This document shows positions 11,301 through 23,500 of a stretch of DNA of 64,000 bases, piece by piece. The stretch is from Strigamia acuminata (taxonomy: Eukaryota), in contig OX442314.1 in NCBI GenBank assembly GCA_949358305.1, positions 930,001 through 994,000 of the forward strand, given 5' to 3'. Under the pieces are notes generated by a model. It had not been told where the DNA came from, made no database searches, and worked only from the letters and a program-made list of their open reading frames with translations. The translations under genes and the position numbers were made by a program. The first letter of the stretch is position 1, and each line of letters starts with the position of its first letter.

Positions 11301-11395
11301 TTACAAAAAAATAAATTATCCGATAATTCCGAAAAAGGAAGTGGTTCATTAGACGGGGGTTGGGAAATTGGTTCAACCCCCTGAACTAGTTTTTT
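8360..11395 (-). CDS. Outer element pol, 5' part: protease, RT, RNase H and integrase HHCC domain (entered by -1 frameshift)
   Basis: LVDSGA, LPFGLCNAP, YLDD, TDASHSG, HGHPLTGH...CTHC. The frame is open back to the slippery site at 11395. The ORF-track tail beyond YKPSQH is read-through into the nested LTR. Confidence 0.95.
11355..11395 (-). promoter_or_regulatory. Programmed -1 ribosomal frameshift signal
   Basis: A AAA AAC (11395-11389) sits directly before the gag UAG, followed by a 7 nt spacer and an 8 bp stem GGGGGTTG/CAACCCCC. Pol is in the -1 frame. Confidence 0.88.
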
Positions 11396-13482
11396 GTCTC
11401 GGACTTAATGTCGGGGACCACAGAATCAACAGCTGAAGTTAAATGTCTATTTATAAGATCAGCCATGTTCTTTTGGAACACTGTGAGTTTCGAATCCAAC
11501 GCTTCGTTAAGCTTGGAGTCCAAAACTTCCGTCGTTACCCAATTCTGTTTAGGCCTTTTTGAAAAATCGGAATTTGGAGCAGATTGATTAAATCTTTTAT
11601 TCGAATCTGAATTTCCCCCTTGTTTCTTTAGCCAGGCTGGACATTCTCGTTTAAAATGACCAACCTCGTGGCAATGGAAACATTTTCCGGTGGTTTTCTC
11701 GTATTGGGCCGCAAACAATCGATCAACCATTTCTTCGTTAGTTGTCGAATCATTTGTTTCTGAGTCGTTTTCTTCCTCTTCCTCATATTCATTTCGGACT
11801 GCACGAAGTGAAGTTTTGGAAGGGAATACTTTCGATTTCTCATTGACTTTGGGAGTAGCGCCTTTCTCAGAATTGTCACATTCTAAATTGGCTGCTAGTT
11901 GTACTGAGTTTTCGAACATACAGCGGTTCAAGCCGACATATTGCAAAATATCGTCGACTGTATAATGGCCGTACAATCCTTGTGCCATCAATAATGAGAA
12001 ACTTTCTTGTGTCAGATTATTGAAAAGACTCTCAAGTCCTGCCCTGTCTCCTTGTGGTATTTCTCCTTGTTCTTGGGTGAATCGCAGAAGGAAACAATAC
12101 AGCGACTCGTCGGCTCTTTGTTTTACATTGGTTAAACGTCTAGATCTAGTAAGGGGTACTAAATCGAAACGTTCAAGAAATTGTGTTTCAAACACTCGCC
12201 AATTAATAAATGTATGGCGTTGTTGATGAAACCATCGTTGTGCATGTCCTAAGAGGCGACCTGGTACAGCTTGGTGTACCATTTCGTCTAAAGAAATACC
12301 TCTCCCTGAAGCTACAGCTTTTACAATATCTAAAAAACGTGTAACTTCGGATTGTTTTCCATCGAAAATAGGGATCTCTATCCCTTTTCCGAAATTCTGG
12401 TTCGAGTTAGAACCACGGTTTTGGGCAGATAAACCTTGAACTATTTGTCGTAAATCATTATTAGACAAGTCAGCTGTTGAGTTCGAATTTGTGGAGCGAT
12501 CTCGCCGATCTCTAGACGACGAATTTGGCCTGTTGAAATTCGGTTGTCTATTTGGTGGGGGAGAACGAGAATTGTCTCGTCTTCGGCGGAAATTATTATT
12601 ATAATTTCCCCCTCCACCAGCTTGGGAATCATCACCACTAGAATCTGGATCTGAGTCTCGTGGATCGCCGGGTGCTCCGGGAAATCGTTGATTTCTCGGC
12701 GGGGCACGTTCTCTTCGGTTCTGAGACTGATCTCGATAATTTCGATAGTCCCCATTGGATCGAGATTGAAAATTCTGGGTATTTTCGAATCTATTTCGTG
12801 GTTGATTAGGTTCGTTTGCGCCATTTTCTCGGTGTGGGAGAGGTTGTGACGCAGCTGGAACTCTAAATGGTTCATTTCCAGATCCAGTGTGAGCGGGTAA
12901 ATTGTCATTTACAACCGTTGCACTGGGTATGTTCCTCGTGGTTCGAGTAGGAAAATTTCTTTGACCAAAATTTCCCCCTCTTTCCGGGTCAGCGGTTTGC
13001 CACGAATTATCTGGAAGTGAGAGTTGAGGAGGACCAGAAAGTTGTAAAGAATTTTGCTGTCCCCCTTCATCCCGGGCAGAAGACATACGCCATCCAGGTA
13101 GTTGCTGATAGCGGTACGTTGCCGGAGAACGAACACCATTCATATCTATCGAAACGGTTTGTTCGTTGGTTACGATTACATCGGGTGTAATAGCACGAAC
13201 TCTTTCGTGTCGATTATTTGCCGTGTATTGTTGGGCCTCATATAGAGTTGAGAATTGCGTCACTTCCAACTGGTAATGGCGACAATAAACCTCTAATTCA
13301 TTTGGGGCGGGTAGTGGTTCCGTTCGAGAACTATTGGAATTGGAATTATTTCTAGGAATATTTCCATCCCCCTGTCCTTCCGAATCGGATTCTACTGTTT
13401 CCCGGTGTGGTTCACGCATACCACAACGTCTTCCACCACGTGCTCCACGTGCTCCACGTACTCTTACTGGTCTACGGGCCAT
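11386..13482 (-). CDS. Gag of outer element (698 aa)
   Basis: Long disordered R/N/S-rich N-terminus, capsid-like region (IPIFDGK...RWF...VKQRADESL) and CFHCHEVGHFKREC zinc knuckle. Confidence 0.9.
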   Translation of the reverse strand: MARRPVRVRGARGARGGRRCGMREPHRETVESDSEGQGDGNIPRNNSNSNSSRTEPLPAPNELEVYCRHYQLEVTQFSTLYEAQQYTANNRHERVRAITPDVIVTNEQTVSIDMNGVRSPATYRYQQLPGWRMSSARDEGGQQNSLQLSGPPQLSLPDNSWQTADPERGGNFGQRNFPTRTTRNIPSATVVNDNLPAHTGSGNEPFRVPAASQPLPHRENGANEPNQPRNRFENTQNFQSRSNGDYRNYRDQSQNRRERAPPRNQRFPGAPGDPRDSDPDSSGDDSQAGGGGNYNNNFRRRRDNSRSPPPNRQPNFNRPNSSSRDRRDRSTNSNSTADLSNNDLRQIVQGLSAQNRGSNSNQNFGKGIEIPIFDGKQSEVTRFLDIVKAVASGRGISLDEMVHQAVPGRLLGHAQRWFHQQRHTFINWRVFETQFLERFDLVPLTRSRRLTNVKQRADESLYCFLLRFTQEQGEIPQGDRAGLESLFNNLTQESFSLLMAQGLYGHYTVDDILQYVGLNRCMFENSVQLAANLECDNSEKGATPKVNEKSKVFPSKTSLRAVRNEYEEEEENDSETNDSTTNEEMVDRLFAAQYEKTTGKCFHCHEVGHFKRECPAWLKKQGGNSDSNKRFNQSAPNSDFSKRPKQNWVTTEVLDSKLNEALDSKLTVFQKNMADLINRHLTSAVDSVVPDIKSETKN

Positions 13483-14363
13483 AATACTCGAGAAAGAAGT
13501 AATACGCTAAATAAAATTTAAACTTTAAACTGAAACTAGCGTCGAAATGAAATACGCCTTAACTTTAAACTAAAAATTGAAAATAAATTGGAAAAATACA
13601 ACCTTAGCTGCTGTAACAGAAGTGGCTTCGGTAAACTGTCCTGTCGTTCGGTCAAGAATGGTCCAAACTGGCACTGGTCACCAGGCACAACTGGATGGTC
13701 ACGCTGTCGAAAGGCAAGTGTGGCTAAAGTATCTGTCGTCAAACTAGCTTCCGGAAAATTTCCTTTGTTCAACAGCTTGCTGTGATTGGTGGGATTGAAG
13801 AATTTCTGACGATTTTAATCCAGAATTCTTGGTAATCCTTAATCTGGGTGAACCACTCAGAACTGCTTCGTGATTGGTTGTTCTGGACACATTCCTGAAC
13901 ATGTTTAGGGATTTAAAATAAATCCTTAACATTGAACAGAACAATAGAACAGAAATATTCGAGTTTTAACCGAACAATAAAATAGAATATTTTATTAATT
14001 CTTGTATTTTTAGTCAATAAAATTATTAATCAATTTTTTATCACATTTCATGACTACTAGGTTTCTGAAATATAATCGGAATGTTCTTGAAAATTTTAAT
14101 TAAAATCAAAATTAGATTTTCCGTGAAAAATTCAGAATTTTCAAATTATTGGTTATTTTCTGTAATAGTTCAAAAATTCGAATTCAGACATTTACGAAAG
14201 ATAATGAGAATTTCTTTGAAAACGAATGATTGATGCAAAGTTATTTAGGGAGAAAAATCGAAAATTTTCTAATTATAATATCTTCATAAAATAATTAAAA
14301 AAAAAAAATTCAATCTTCTAATTTTACACTTTGATCACTGAGTTCGCTTTAATAATGCAACCT

Positions 14364-14381
14364 ATCTCGGTGGAACCTCCA
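14364..14381 (-). promoter_or_regulatory. Primer-binding site of outer element (tRNA-Gln)
   Basis: TGGAGGTTCCACCGAGAT gives 18 nt complementary to the 3' end of metazoan tRNA-Gln and lies 2 nt from the LTR end. Confidence 0.88.
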
Positions 14382-14383
14382 CG

Positions 14384-15866
14384 TGTGACGATTGACTTTG
14401 CGAGATACAATTGCTAGAAAATTAGAGCGAGAACTTGTGTGAAAGTGTAAAATACGGAGGCTTGTGATTTCTCAAATCATATGACAATTTATTTCGGTTT
14501 GAACTTATATAAATACTAGACCGACAAATGGTCGAAATTCTGCAAGTTAAACTATACAATCGGTCGGCAAAGCCCTATAATAATATCACTTGCGGTTTTC
14601 AATCGAACAAATAAGAATATGTAACGGTCTTATTGTTAGGACGTAAAAGATGTCATCTTAGTCTGGACTTTTGTGGTTCCTGGGCTAGTTCTGAAAGGTG
14701 TGTAATGGTTAGGCTTAGGTGAATTATACCCGAGAGGTGCGGTTGACTTTTCTGCAGTCGTCACACTTGTAATTATTATATGGATAATAATTGCAAAGCG
14801 TGGTCATAAACATGACGAAACAATTGGAATAAATATTCATGTAAATTCGATGGAATTCCCCATGATATTATATTCACGAAGCAGGGTAAAATAACTGGAA
14901 AAGTAAAGAATAAATTAACATAGCGCCGAGCTATTTTTTGCCCCAAGTGCAATCAACATCAAAATAATAATTAAGATGTTCCATCGTCCAACAGCGAATT
15001 GAATCAGCAGTCTCTCGTAGGAAAGGTTATCCATTACCGGGAAATTACTCCGCTCGGTTCTGGCTGGCGGGAGAATAACCGGGAAATTACTCCACGTCGA
15101 TTACCCAAATAATGCGTCTGTGAATTTTACTCCACTCTAGATTCTACATTCTACAACGGGATGTTGGCATGAAGCGGGGGGAGTGTGTCTGTGGGTTGTA
15201 CCCCACTCTAGAATCTACACTTAAATGCAAGTAAACTTACGATTTCTACAACGGAATGTTGGCATGAAGAGGCGGGCAGTGTGTCTGTGAGTCTTCTACT
15301 CACTCTAGATGCTTACACTAAATAACTGGTATTCTACAACGGACTGTTGGATCGACGTGAAGTATAATTAGCGCTCAAGTAACAAGTAACAAACAGAAAA
15401 ACAGGACAAGAGCGAGATATTTCCGGTTTACACGGAATATATACTCGTACTGGACAATAGGATAATCATTGATCCAATGGGATCACGGGTCACCTAAATC
15501 CTTCCAATCCTAGGCTCTAGGAAGTGGATAGCCAGGACATAGTCTTCTACTAGGTCCGTCCTAAGAACTGGATACATTTCGGATTAAGTCCTTGACTATA
15601 ATCCGTAATGGGATTCTATTCGCAGGTGTGAAGTTTATACATAATTCAATAGAATTATGTAGTAAACCAAATAAGACAACATTTAAAACATATTAACATG
15701 TTTAATAACTATAAACTAAAGTGAATTCAATATATAAATAATAATTTATATATTAAATTACTTAAAAATGATCGAAGTTAAAATTGCCGCTAAAACATGA
15801 GAACGCCATCTATTGACGAAATAATCGTCTTTAACTAGCAAAGTGTATGACAGTGTAACCGTCACA
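14384..15866 (-). repeat. 5' LTR of outer element (about 1.48 kb; outer boundary uncertain)
   Basis: Begins TGTGACG next to the PBS and ends CGTCACA. Minus-strand TATA-like and AATAAA motifs at ~14488-14512 and internal ~97 bp repeats at 15128-15350. Confidence 0.6.
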
Positions 15867-16480
15867 AACTCTTACAAATGTCTCACAAGAATCTTTTACG
15901 ACAAGGTCAATTCATGCTTTACCAATCTAACACAAATCACGAAAAAAATATTATTTTTTTTTGCTCAAAGAGTAACTAACTTTAACTTATTAAAACATTT
16001 CATTTACCATCATGAGTTCTACATTTCGTTTCATTATTTTACATTTGTGCACATTTTACTGTATACACTTTTGCATTTAAAAACATTTTTTTAGTCAATG
16101 CTCTGTTTTTGCATTTAAAATTTTACTTATTATTTATTGGTTATTATTATTTTATTTGTTAAACTATAATTTTTTTTCTCATTAGTTTTTAATATTTATT
16201 TGTGAAATTGAGATTATTTTCAAGCATTTATCTGAATTCTTCAATTTTTGTTGACAAACGGTTTGAAATTTCAAAGTGGCATTTCAAGACTACCGTAGTC
16301 GTGTGTGTTTATCATTTGCTCGGTTGTGATTGGTTGTGCGATTGCTATAGTTTCTTCCGTATTCCGTTAAAGGCGCTTGATACGAAGCTTCGCCGAGAGT
16401 CCGTATTCAAGTAGCCGTGGTCTACAGGTGGTTTTACGTGATTTTATCAGACGTTAATCGAGGTACAGCTGAATTAGAAA

Positions 16481-17929
16481 ATGAATCCAGAAATAGAATT
16501 GGGAGCACTTTTAGTTTCGTACAAGAAAAGCACTCGCCCAGGTGATCCCACACACGTAGTCGATAGAATAATCGCCCTAAATAAGGATTTGGTAAATAAA
16601 TTAGTTGTTTATGGAGTTTTAATGAATTTAATTGAGTTGTTTACATCTTCAGTTTACCATTGGTTGGGCCGTCGACGCAGATTTCACCATCAATTCGCCA
16701 TGTGTATCGCGGATTCACGCAATATTTACCAGACGCAAGGATGCGTGGCACGTGGAGGATAATTACGTACGACAGAATGTAATGTGTTATTAATCATTTC
16801 ATGATTTTTTTTGAACAATTAACAGAGTAGGGAAGGAATTTATGTTAATGAGGTAAAATTGAGGGCGCGCGAAGCCACGCGACTGAAAAATGGCGACACG
16901 GTTTGTTTAGGCGAGAAAACAGCGAGCCGGGAATTGTTTTTCACGTTCAAAACTAACGGGAGCGGAGAAAGAGAAAGAGGTCCATCTGGCAGCGATAAAA
17001 TGAAGAAGGAAAACGAGAGATTGGAAAAGGAATTGAAGCGGGTGCAGGATGAATTAAGCCAGCAGAAGAGAACAGCCGAGGAAACGTTGAAACGGAAACT
17101 GAAGAAGAAGGAAGAGGAATTCGAAAAGAAAATGGCAAACATTTTATTGTTTTTAATTTTTTTTTAAATAATTAATGAAAATTAATTTTGATTAATTTTT
17201 AGGCGAATGAGAAGGAGAAAGTTCGGACTCTGCTGGAACGTAAATCGAAAAGTGGAAGTAGAAATGGAGGGGAAATCCAATTTGAAAGATTTGTTGACAA
17301 CATGAAGGGTCAGGTGGACTCTAATCGATTGCAGTTGGAGTTGGCGGAAGACGGCGATAAGAGTCGGTTGAAACGGATGCTCAAAGTGAAGGAGCGACAT
17401 CTGGCGATTGTGAGCGAGGAATTGGAGACGATGGCAAAGAAACACAAAAGTCAAAGCGAAATTGTGACAAAACTCAGCTCGGTGTTCGAAAGCGAACTCG
17501 AGTGCTGCGTTTGTTCGGAACTCATAATCAAGGTGATTTTGATTATAGTTTTAATTTTTAATTTTATTTGATTTTGATTTCAATTTGCAATTTGCAATTT
17601 TAATTTGCAATTTGCAATTTTAATTTGCAATTTGCAATTTGCAATTTTAATTTGCAATTTGCAATTTTAATTTGCAATTTGCAATTTTAATTTGCAATTT
17701 GCAATTTTAATTTGCAATTTGCAATTTTAATTTGCAATTTGCAATTTTAATTTGCAATTTGCAATTTTAATTTGCAATTTGCAATTTTAATTTGCAATTT
17801 GCAATTTTAATTTGCAATTTGCAATTTTAATTTGCAATTTGCAATTTTAATTTGCAATTTGCAATTTTAATTTGCAATTTGCAGACGAAAAATATGGGAC
17901 CAGCGAGCTGCAAACCTGACCGAAGTTGA
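16481..17929 (+). pseudogene. RNF8/CHFR-like FHA-coiled coil-RING gene, degenerate FHA and truncated RING
   Basis: Exons 16481-16591, 16653-16766 (FTIGW...VSRIHA), 16826-17134 (SREGIYVN...LKNGDTVCLG), 17203-17532 (ESELECCVCSELIIK). The next acceptor (17884) gives a stop after 14 codons and the rest of the RING is absent. Confidence 0.7.
17582..17884. repeat. 20 bp intronic minisatellite (AATTTGCAATTTGCAATTTT)n
   Basis: About 15 near-perfect units; the last ends in TTTGCAG, forming the acceptor. Confidence 0.95.
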
Positions 17930-18235
17930 TATTTATTGTGTCGATGAGCAAACGAAATTGGCGGTCCGTGAGGGGAATTTGTGGGGAATTAAACGGACAG
18001 CCAAAGTCGTTGGTGATGCATATTGTTGATTGACCCCTAATAATTAGGAACAGGACGTTGTGAACAAAGCGGGAGAAGACTTAGGGTCGTGAACTGTCAC
18101 TGACCTTTTTTGACCGACCAATGGGAGAGATCCCTCTTGACCCCACAACTGTATTTAACCCCCAGTTCAGAAATAAAGCTTACTTGTTAACTTTCCACCT
18201 ACAATGTGTGTCCTCACTCCTTGAGATGTACAACA
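17930..18235 (+). mobile_element. Possible solo or partial LTR
   Basis: TATTTAA then AATAAA (18173), ending in ...TACAACA, an LTR-like layout. No TSD or partner copy found and the left end is undefined. Confidence 0.3.
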
Positions 18236-20549
18236 CTCGAGACAATCCTGTTGGTATTTCTAAATAAAACGTTTCAAAACGAGCTGTGCAACACATCTGG
18301 ACAAAATCAAAATCCACCTCTTCTTGTTCACATCCTCATCTTTAAGCGCCGACCTTTTCCAAACGATTTTTAACCTGGCCGAATCGTGCAGCCGAGGATG
18401 CACAAAAACTATCTGCGGCATTATGTGGATCAATTTAGGGGATTTGTCTGAAGAAATTGTGGTCGACCTAAGCGAACAACAAGTGGTCGGGTTGATGGAA
18501 CACATAAAATCTCTCTCGTATGTTCTTGTGCTTGGATGGTTTAATGCTATGGGATTGCAGTGGATGTAGTTGGATGTAGTAGTACTGGAGTTAAGAAAGC
18601 GACCAGTCGGTATATGGAATGTGGTTTATTCATAAAAAACAAAGGGGTTAAAAAATGGGTCAAAGTCACTGGTCACTGATTGGCGGATACGTAGATCTGG
18701 GATGAACGAGTGACGCGACAAGAATTGGAGTGCCAAACACACTAATCTCCCATCCAACAAGCACGTCATAAAGTAACTCTTGCAATGGGGAGGCAACCAA
18801 ACGGAGAGGTTATCCACCATCACTGTCCGGCTACTCCAAGGCGTCTACTTGACGTCTGTGTTTGAATCATTTATCAGACACGTGCAGAAGCACCTGTTGT
18901 TCGCCAAATCGACCGAACTGCGCGACCTTTTCACTGCAGAAGAATCTTAGCAAATATGGACCGTCCCCAAACACAGTGATCATCCGGGTTTGCTGCTACA
19001 ACAACACCACGCAGATAGTGCAGAGAATCAGTTTCAAGTTCGAATACGACCGCAAGAGTGAGAACAGATGGTTTGAGCGATGCGAGGCGAACCTTCGGCC
19101 CAAAAGGGGTGGCAGTTGCCACTTGCGGAATCTCGCTTTGGGTTCCGGAAAAGCGTAGTTTTTTCCGGTTGCGAGAACAAAATGTTTACGGTTGTGGAAC
19201 ATCGGAAATTGAAGGTATCCAACATGTACTCGTGTACAAATTTGATGGGAATTGCAGTTTGGGTCCAGTGTATCGCCAGGGAATTCCCGGCGACAACGTT
19301 CTCATGTTAAGACATTTGTTGGAAATTTTGGTTCGGTCGGTGGTTTCACTTCCGGGTATGGGAGCTGTTTTTAATGAAGATTTTAATTTGGAAAAATTGG
19401 TTACGATGCGAGAAAATTGTTTTTGTATGTAAATTACTCGAAACCATGTGTGCATTTTTTGTTCGGCAGAAACTGCAAGTTTGGAATTTCATTTATCGGG
19501 GCTTTAAATATTCTCACCGTTTTGAATATTGAGGCGAGAGTGTGGCACGATCATAATATCGATGGCTTAGAGAATTGTTTAGTTTTGTTCTTGAATTGTG
19601 ATTTCTTGTTAGTTTTGGCATTGGATTGGAATAAAGTCTTGTAGATCTATTACTTGAGAAGTAGAAAATGTACGAAGCTTAGTGGATTTGATGGAGAAGC
19701 ACAATTTCTTTTCCGCTTATGCATTGAGTTGGTATAGCTGCTTAGCCAAGTTGATTTGATATGTAGGGTTGGAACTCAGTCATCTGTTATTTCACGACGG
19801 ATACGTTAATTCGACTATTATTATTTGAGTAAAATAATTAATCACAAGGTTTTTAAAATGTAAGGAATAGTGACGAAAAAATTTTAAGTTCTTTACCTAT
19901 GTGTCCGAAAATAGTTTAAACGCTCAAGTGTTTTATTTAGCAACTCCCACACTATGAAGAAATTAAGAAAAAAAATAAAATGAGTTCAAACTTGTGCAAA
20001 ACACAACAACTAACATTACTTTAATGGACTTTAAGTTTCTACAAAGATGCATTAGGTACTAATCCTTGACAAAGGAGCTCAATGTGAAGAGAATGCAATT
20101 GCAGAATGACAATAACAAAAAGCGTCCTAAGAATTCCCTAATTGGAGCTAACCTATGTGACAGTGTAAACTATCTGCTCAGAGAATTTACTCATTTTATT
20201 TGCCAGAACACTGATACAAAAAAAATGATCTGGTAATATCGCAGCCAATTAGAAAAAATGCTAGAAAATAAGTTCTTCTTTGCAACAAACATATCTTGCT
20301 AGAGTGCTCTAACGTAATCGGAGGACTCTTTTCTCTTTCCTTTCTTCTTCCAATACTTTTTTAATTTTATTTTATCGAATTGAACTCCTGAGGATCTATA
20401 TTATAAAATAAAATCCACGTTGGACACATACACTGTAAAAACCCCAAAGATAAAATTATTTAAATACAAGAAAGATGCTCAATTGCTATGCTTCTATAAA
20501 TTATTTTATTTCAGTCTGAGGGATGTACAGATATTTTAAAACATTGCAA

Positions 20550-23500
20550 TTAAAATTCTCTAAACCTTTGAGAGGTACTACTATGAGCTTTGTTACATTT
20601 GCAAGTGTCGTAGGCACCTTCCTTCTTGAATTTGTAATACAGTTCGTGTCCTTGGGGACGACGGTGTCCGCAGGTGTGATGACGTGGCCGTTCAAAATTT
20701 CCAACTTCCAGTATTCCAGAATTTTTGGCGTAATTTCTATTTTCATCACCATAATCTCTTGTAATGCTGTGAAATAGACGTCTGTAATCAGGTCTCTTTC
20801 TGTATTCTGGTCTCAAAACGATTCTTGGTTCAAAAACTAGCTTAGGTCTCAGTCTATAATCGGGTTCATCACTCGGTTCTTCAGTTGGTTCTTCAACATC
20901 CGTTTCTTTGTATTCTGGAAACGAACGGACTTTTGTACCAGCTAGAAGTTTACTAAAATCCAGTAAAGTAGAGCTGGCTTTAATGATGACAGGAATTTCC
21001 AGGGTTCCACCTTTTTCCTTGTTTTCTTTGAAAGTCAAATCTCGATAAGTAGCAAAGAGAACGAGCAATTGAAGTTCTTCAGGTGTCAGTTGGAAAGTTC
21101 TTGGCTTGTCATTGTGAGTAGTTACTTTCACTTCGTAAGCACCTTCATCATGCTTTATCACAATGTTAACAAGCTTGGAAAATCGGACTTTTTTGACAAA
21201 ATCAAAAAATTCAGGCTTAATATGCGAGAAAACTGGATGCAAGCTATCTTTCCTGATAATCATAATCAGAGTATTGTCCTCTTCTACGTAATAGTGATAC
21301 GGGAATTCCGGTCTACTGAACAAAGCCACAGCCAACTGAGTAATAATAGGTGAAACATTATTCACTATCAGCTTATTCGGTCCATTTGACATTACAAAGT
21401 CGATTCCATTATCTAGGTTTCGGGTAAACATAAGTTCCACATCAGGGCTATGTCGTGCTATGTGCGAAAACTTCAAGAAGCCTGGACGCATATTTCTAAA
21501 AACCAAATTTGGTCTGTGTGCAGTAATTTCTACAGTAGCTTTGCCATCCCTTTCATCCAAAATTCTTGTATGTAACTTAGGCTGAGAAAGCAGGATACTT
21601 GCTAATTGAACAGTGGTAGGCGACTGATGAGGAAACTTTTTGCCATTGAGATCAAAGGTGTAAGAATCAGGCTTTGTCGAATGCGGCTTTTTCTTATCCA
21701 ACACAATGGAAAATTTATCCTTGGGAGTTGGTTTGTGCTTGATCAGAAAGTTTAATACTTCTGGGCTTACATTGTGCAAAACGTTGTGAGAAACTCTTTT
21801 CGGTGCAGTTACAATTAAATGTCCCTCTTCATCAATGGCCGACTTTAGTGGAAGACTCGGTTCAGTGTACAAGCGGACGAGAAAGTTAAGGAATAAGGGT
21901 TTGGTGTTGTCCTCAGAGAGTGGCTTTGAGGGGTCATTAAGGTCATCAAACACAACCTTGTAGGTGTTTGGTTTGCTACCTGGTGAAACAATGACAGAGT
22001 TGAGTTTTGGGTTTCTGAAGTCCCGAATCAACAACAGATCTTTCGGAGTAATTGGCACATCAAATGTTGGTACGTCATCTCTGGATGGTCTGACTGTTAA
22101 CTTTCCATCAGGTTGTGGTTGGACGCGATACTCCGTGGTTGGTGCATTAAACAATTCCACGATTAATTGAACAATCTTGGGTTCTAGATGTTTAAAATGT
22201 TTAATTGGTTTGTTTTGCTCTTGGAATATTACGTCATAGTGGTCTGGAATCTCAGAACTGGTCACGACCACTTCAAGATTTGGATGAGAGCGATGTTTGT
22301 CAACGAATTTAAGCAAATCCTTGGATACATTTGGAACTATTAACTCTTTTGGTCGAACTGGAATAGTCAGGACATGTCTTCCATCTCTACCAGTATAAAT
22401 ATGGAATGGAAGTTTTGGTTCAGTGAATAACTTAGTGGCAACGTTAACAATATTAGGAGCAACACGAGGATATGACTCTCTGTCTGGACCATGACCAACT
22501 ACAACCGTGGGTCGATTTTTTCTGTCACGCTTAATAGTGACATCTGTGTGCGGATGTCGTTTAATGTGATGGATCAAATCCACATCATCTTTGTTAACTA
22601 CAGCTGTCGTAGTTTTAGGCAGGTCTTCGGGCACATTACCATAGATTTGATTGTCACTAGTCGGCTTCAATTGTATGTTTCTGTGAGGATTTTTATACAA
22701 TTTTATAACAACCGGCAATACTCTTTTTGGAATATTCGGATAGTTATGCTCTTTTTTACCATCTTTGACAACGACAGTGAATGCTCCATCTTTTTGTGGT
22801 TTGATATTAAGCTTAACATCTTTTGGAGAATGAAGAAGTTTTATCAATTCCAGAACGTCCGGTGTTATTTGCACATTATCTTCTTTGACATTTGATTTTG
22901 GTACCGTGATATAAAAGTTACCTTTCGGGGTTGGTTTAACAGTGAACGGAACATCTGGATGACTCTTCAAATCTATGATCAAGTCTAATGTCTCTTGGTT
23001 GACATGAGGATAAGTCTTTGGCTTCTTATGTGATTCTTTGGTTTCGATATCGAAGGTGTGGTCTGGTCCTGGCTTGACATTGATTTCTGTATCTGGATTT
23101 TGTTTAATATCTCTAATGATATCTAGAACGTCAGGCTTCACTTCATATCGATGGCTGTTGCTACTTGGTTCAGTTGGAACAAATTCGATTGTGTCACCTT
23201 TGCCCGGTTTGATTTCATATTCTACAGCAGGTTCACTGTACAATTTGGTGATAACTGGAATCAATTCTGGACTAATATGCTTGTACTCTTTTTTTGGTTT
23301 TTTACCATTTTGTACAACAACGGTAAAAGTTCCTGGTGTTTCTGGTTTGATTGAAACTTTCGGTTGTGGTTTTTGTTTGATGTTCTTTAATAAGTCAATA
23401 ATCTCTGGAGTTAGTTTTGTATGAACAGGTTGAGATTGGTGTTTTGGTACGACCAATTTAATCTTTCCACGCTTGTCTGACTTTACTCTGAATTGTACGT

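Larger units (their letters stand above)
1..15866 (-). mobile_element. Large Ty3/Gypsy LTR retrotransposon (outer element); 3' end runs off the left edge of the window
   Basis: Minus-strand order is LTR (from 14384), tRNA-Gln PBS, gag with CCHC knuckle, PR-RT-RH-IN pol, then an extra ORF. No second LTR copy is visible in 1-2316. The outer LTR end at 15866 is inferred from the TGTGACG...CGTCACA terminal inverted repeat; an alternative CGTCACA ends at 14765. Confidence 0.85.

Noticed and set aside
14364..14381. tRNA-Gln gene
   Set aside because: Only the 3' 18 nt including CCA are present next to an LTR end, so it is a primer-binding site.
18236..19800. Cluster of short overlapping ORFs with moderate GC
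   Set aside because: No recognisable domain or consistent splice model. It may be a decayed element or gene and needs a translated homology search.
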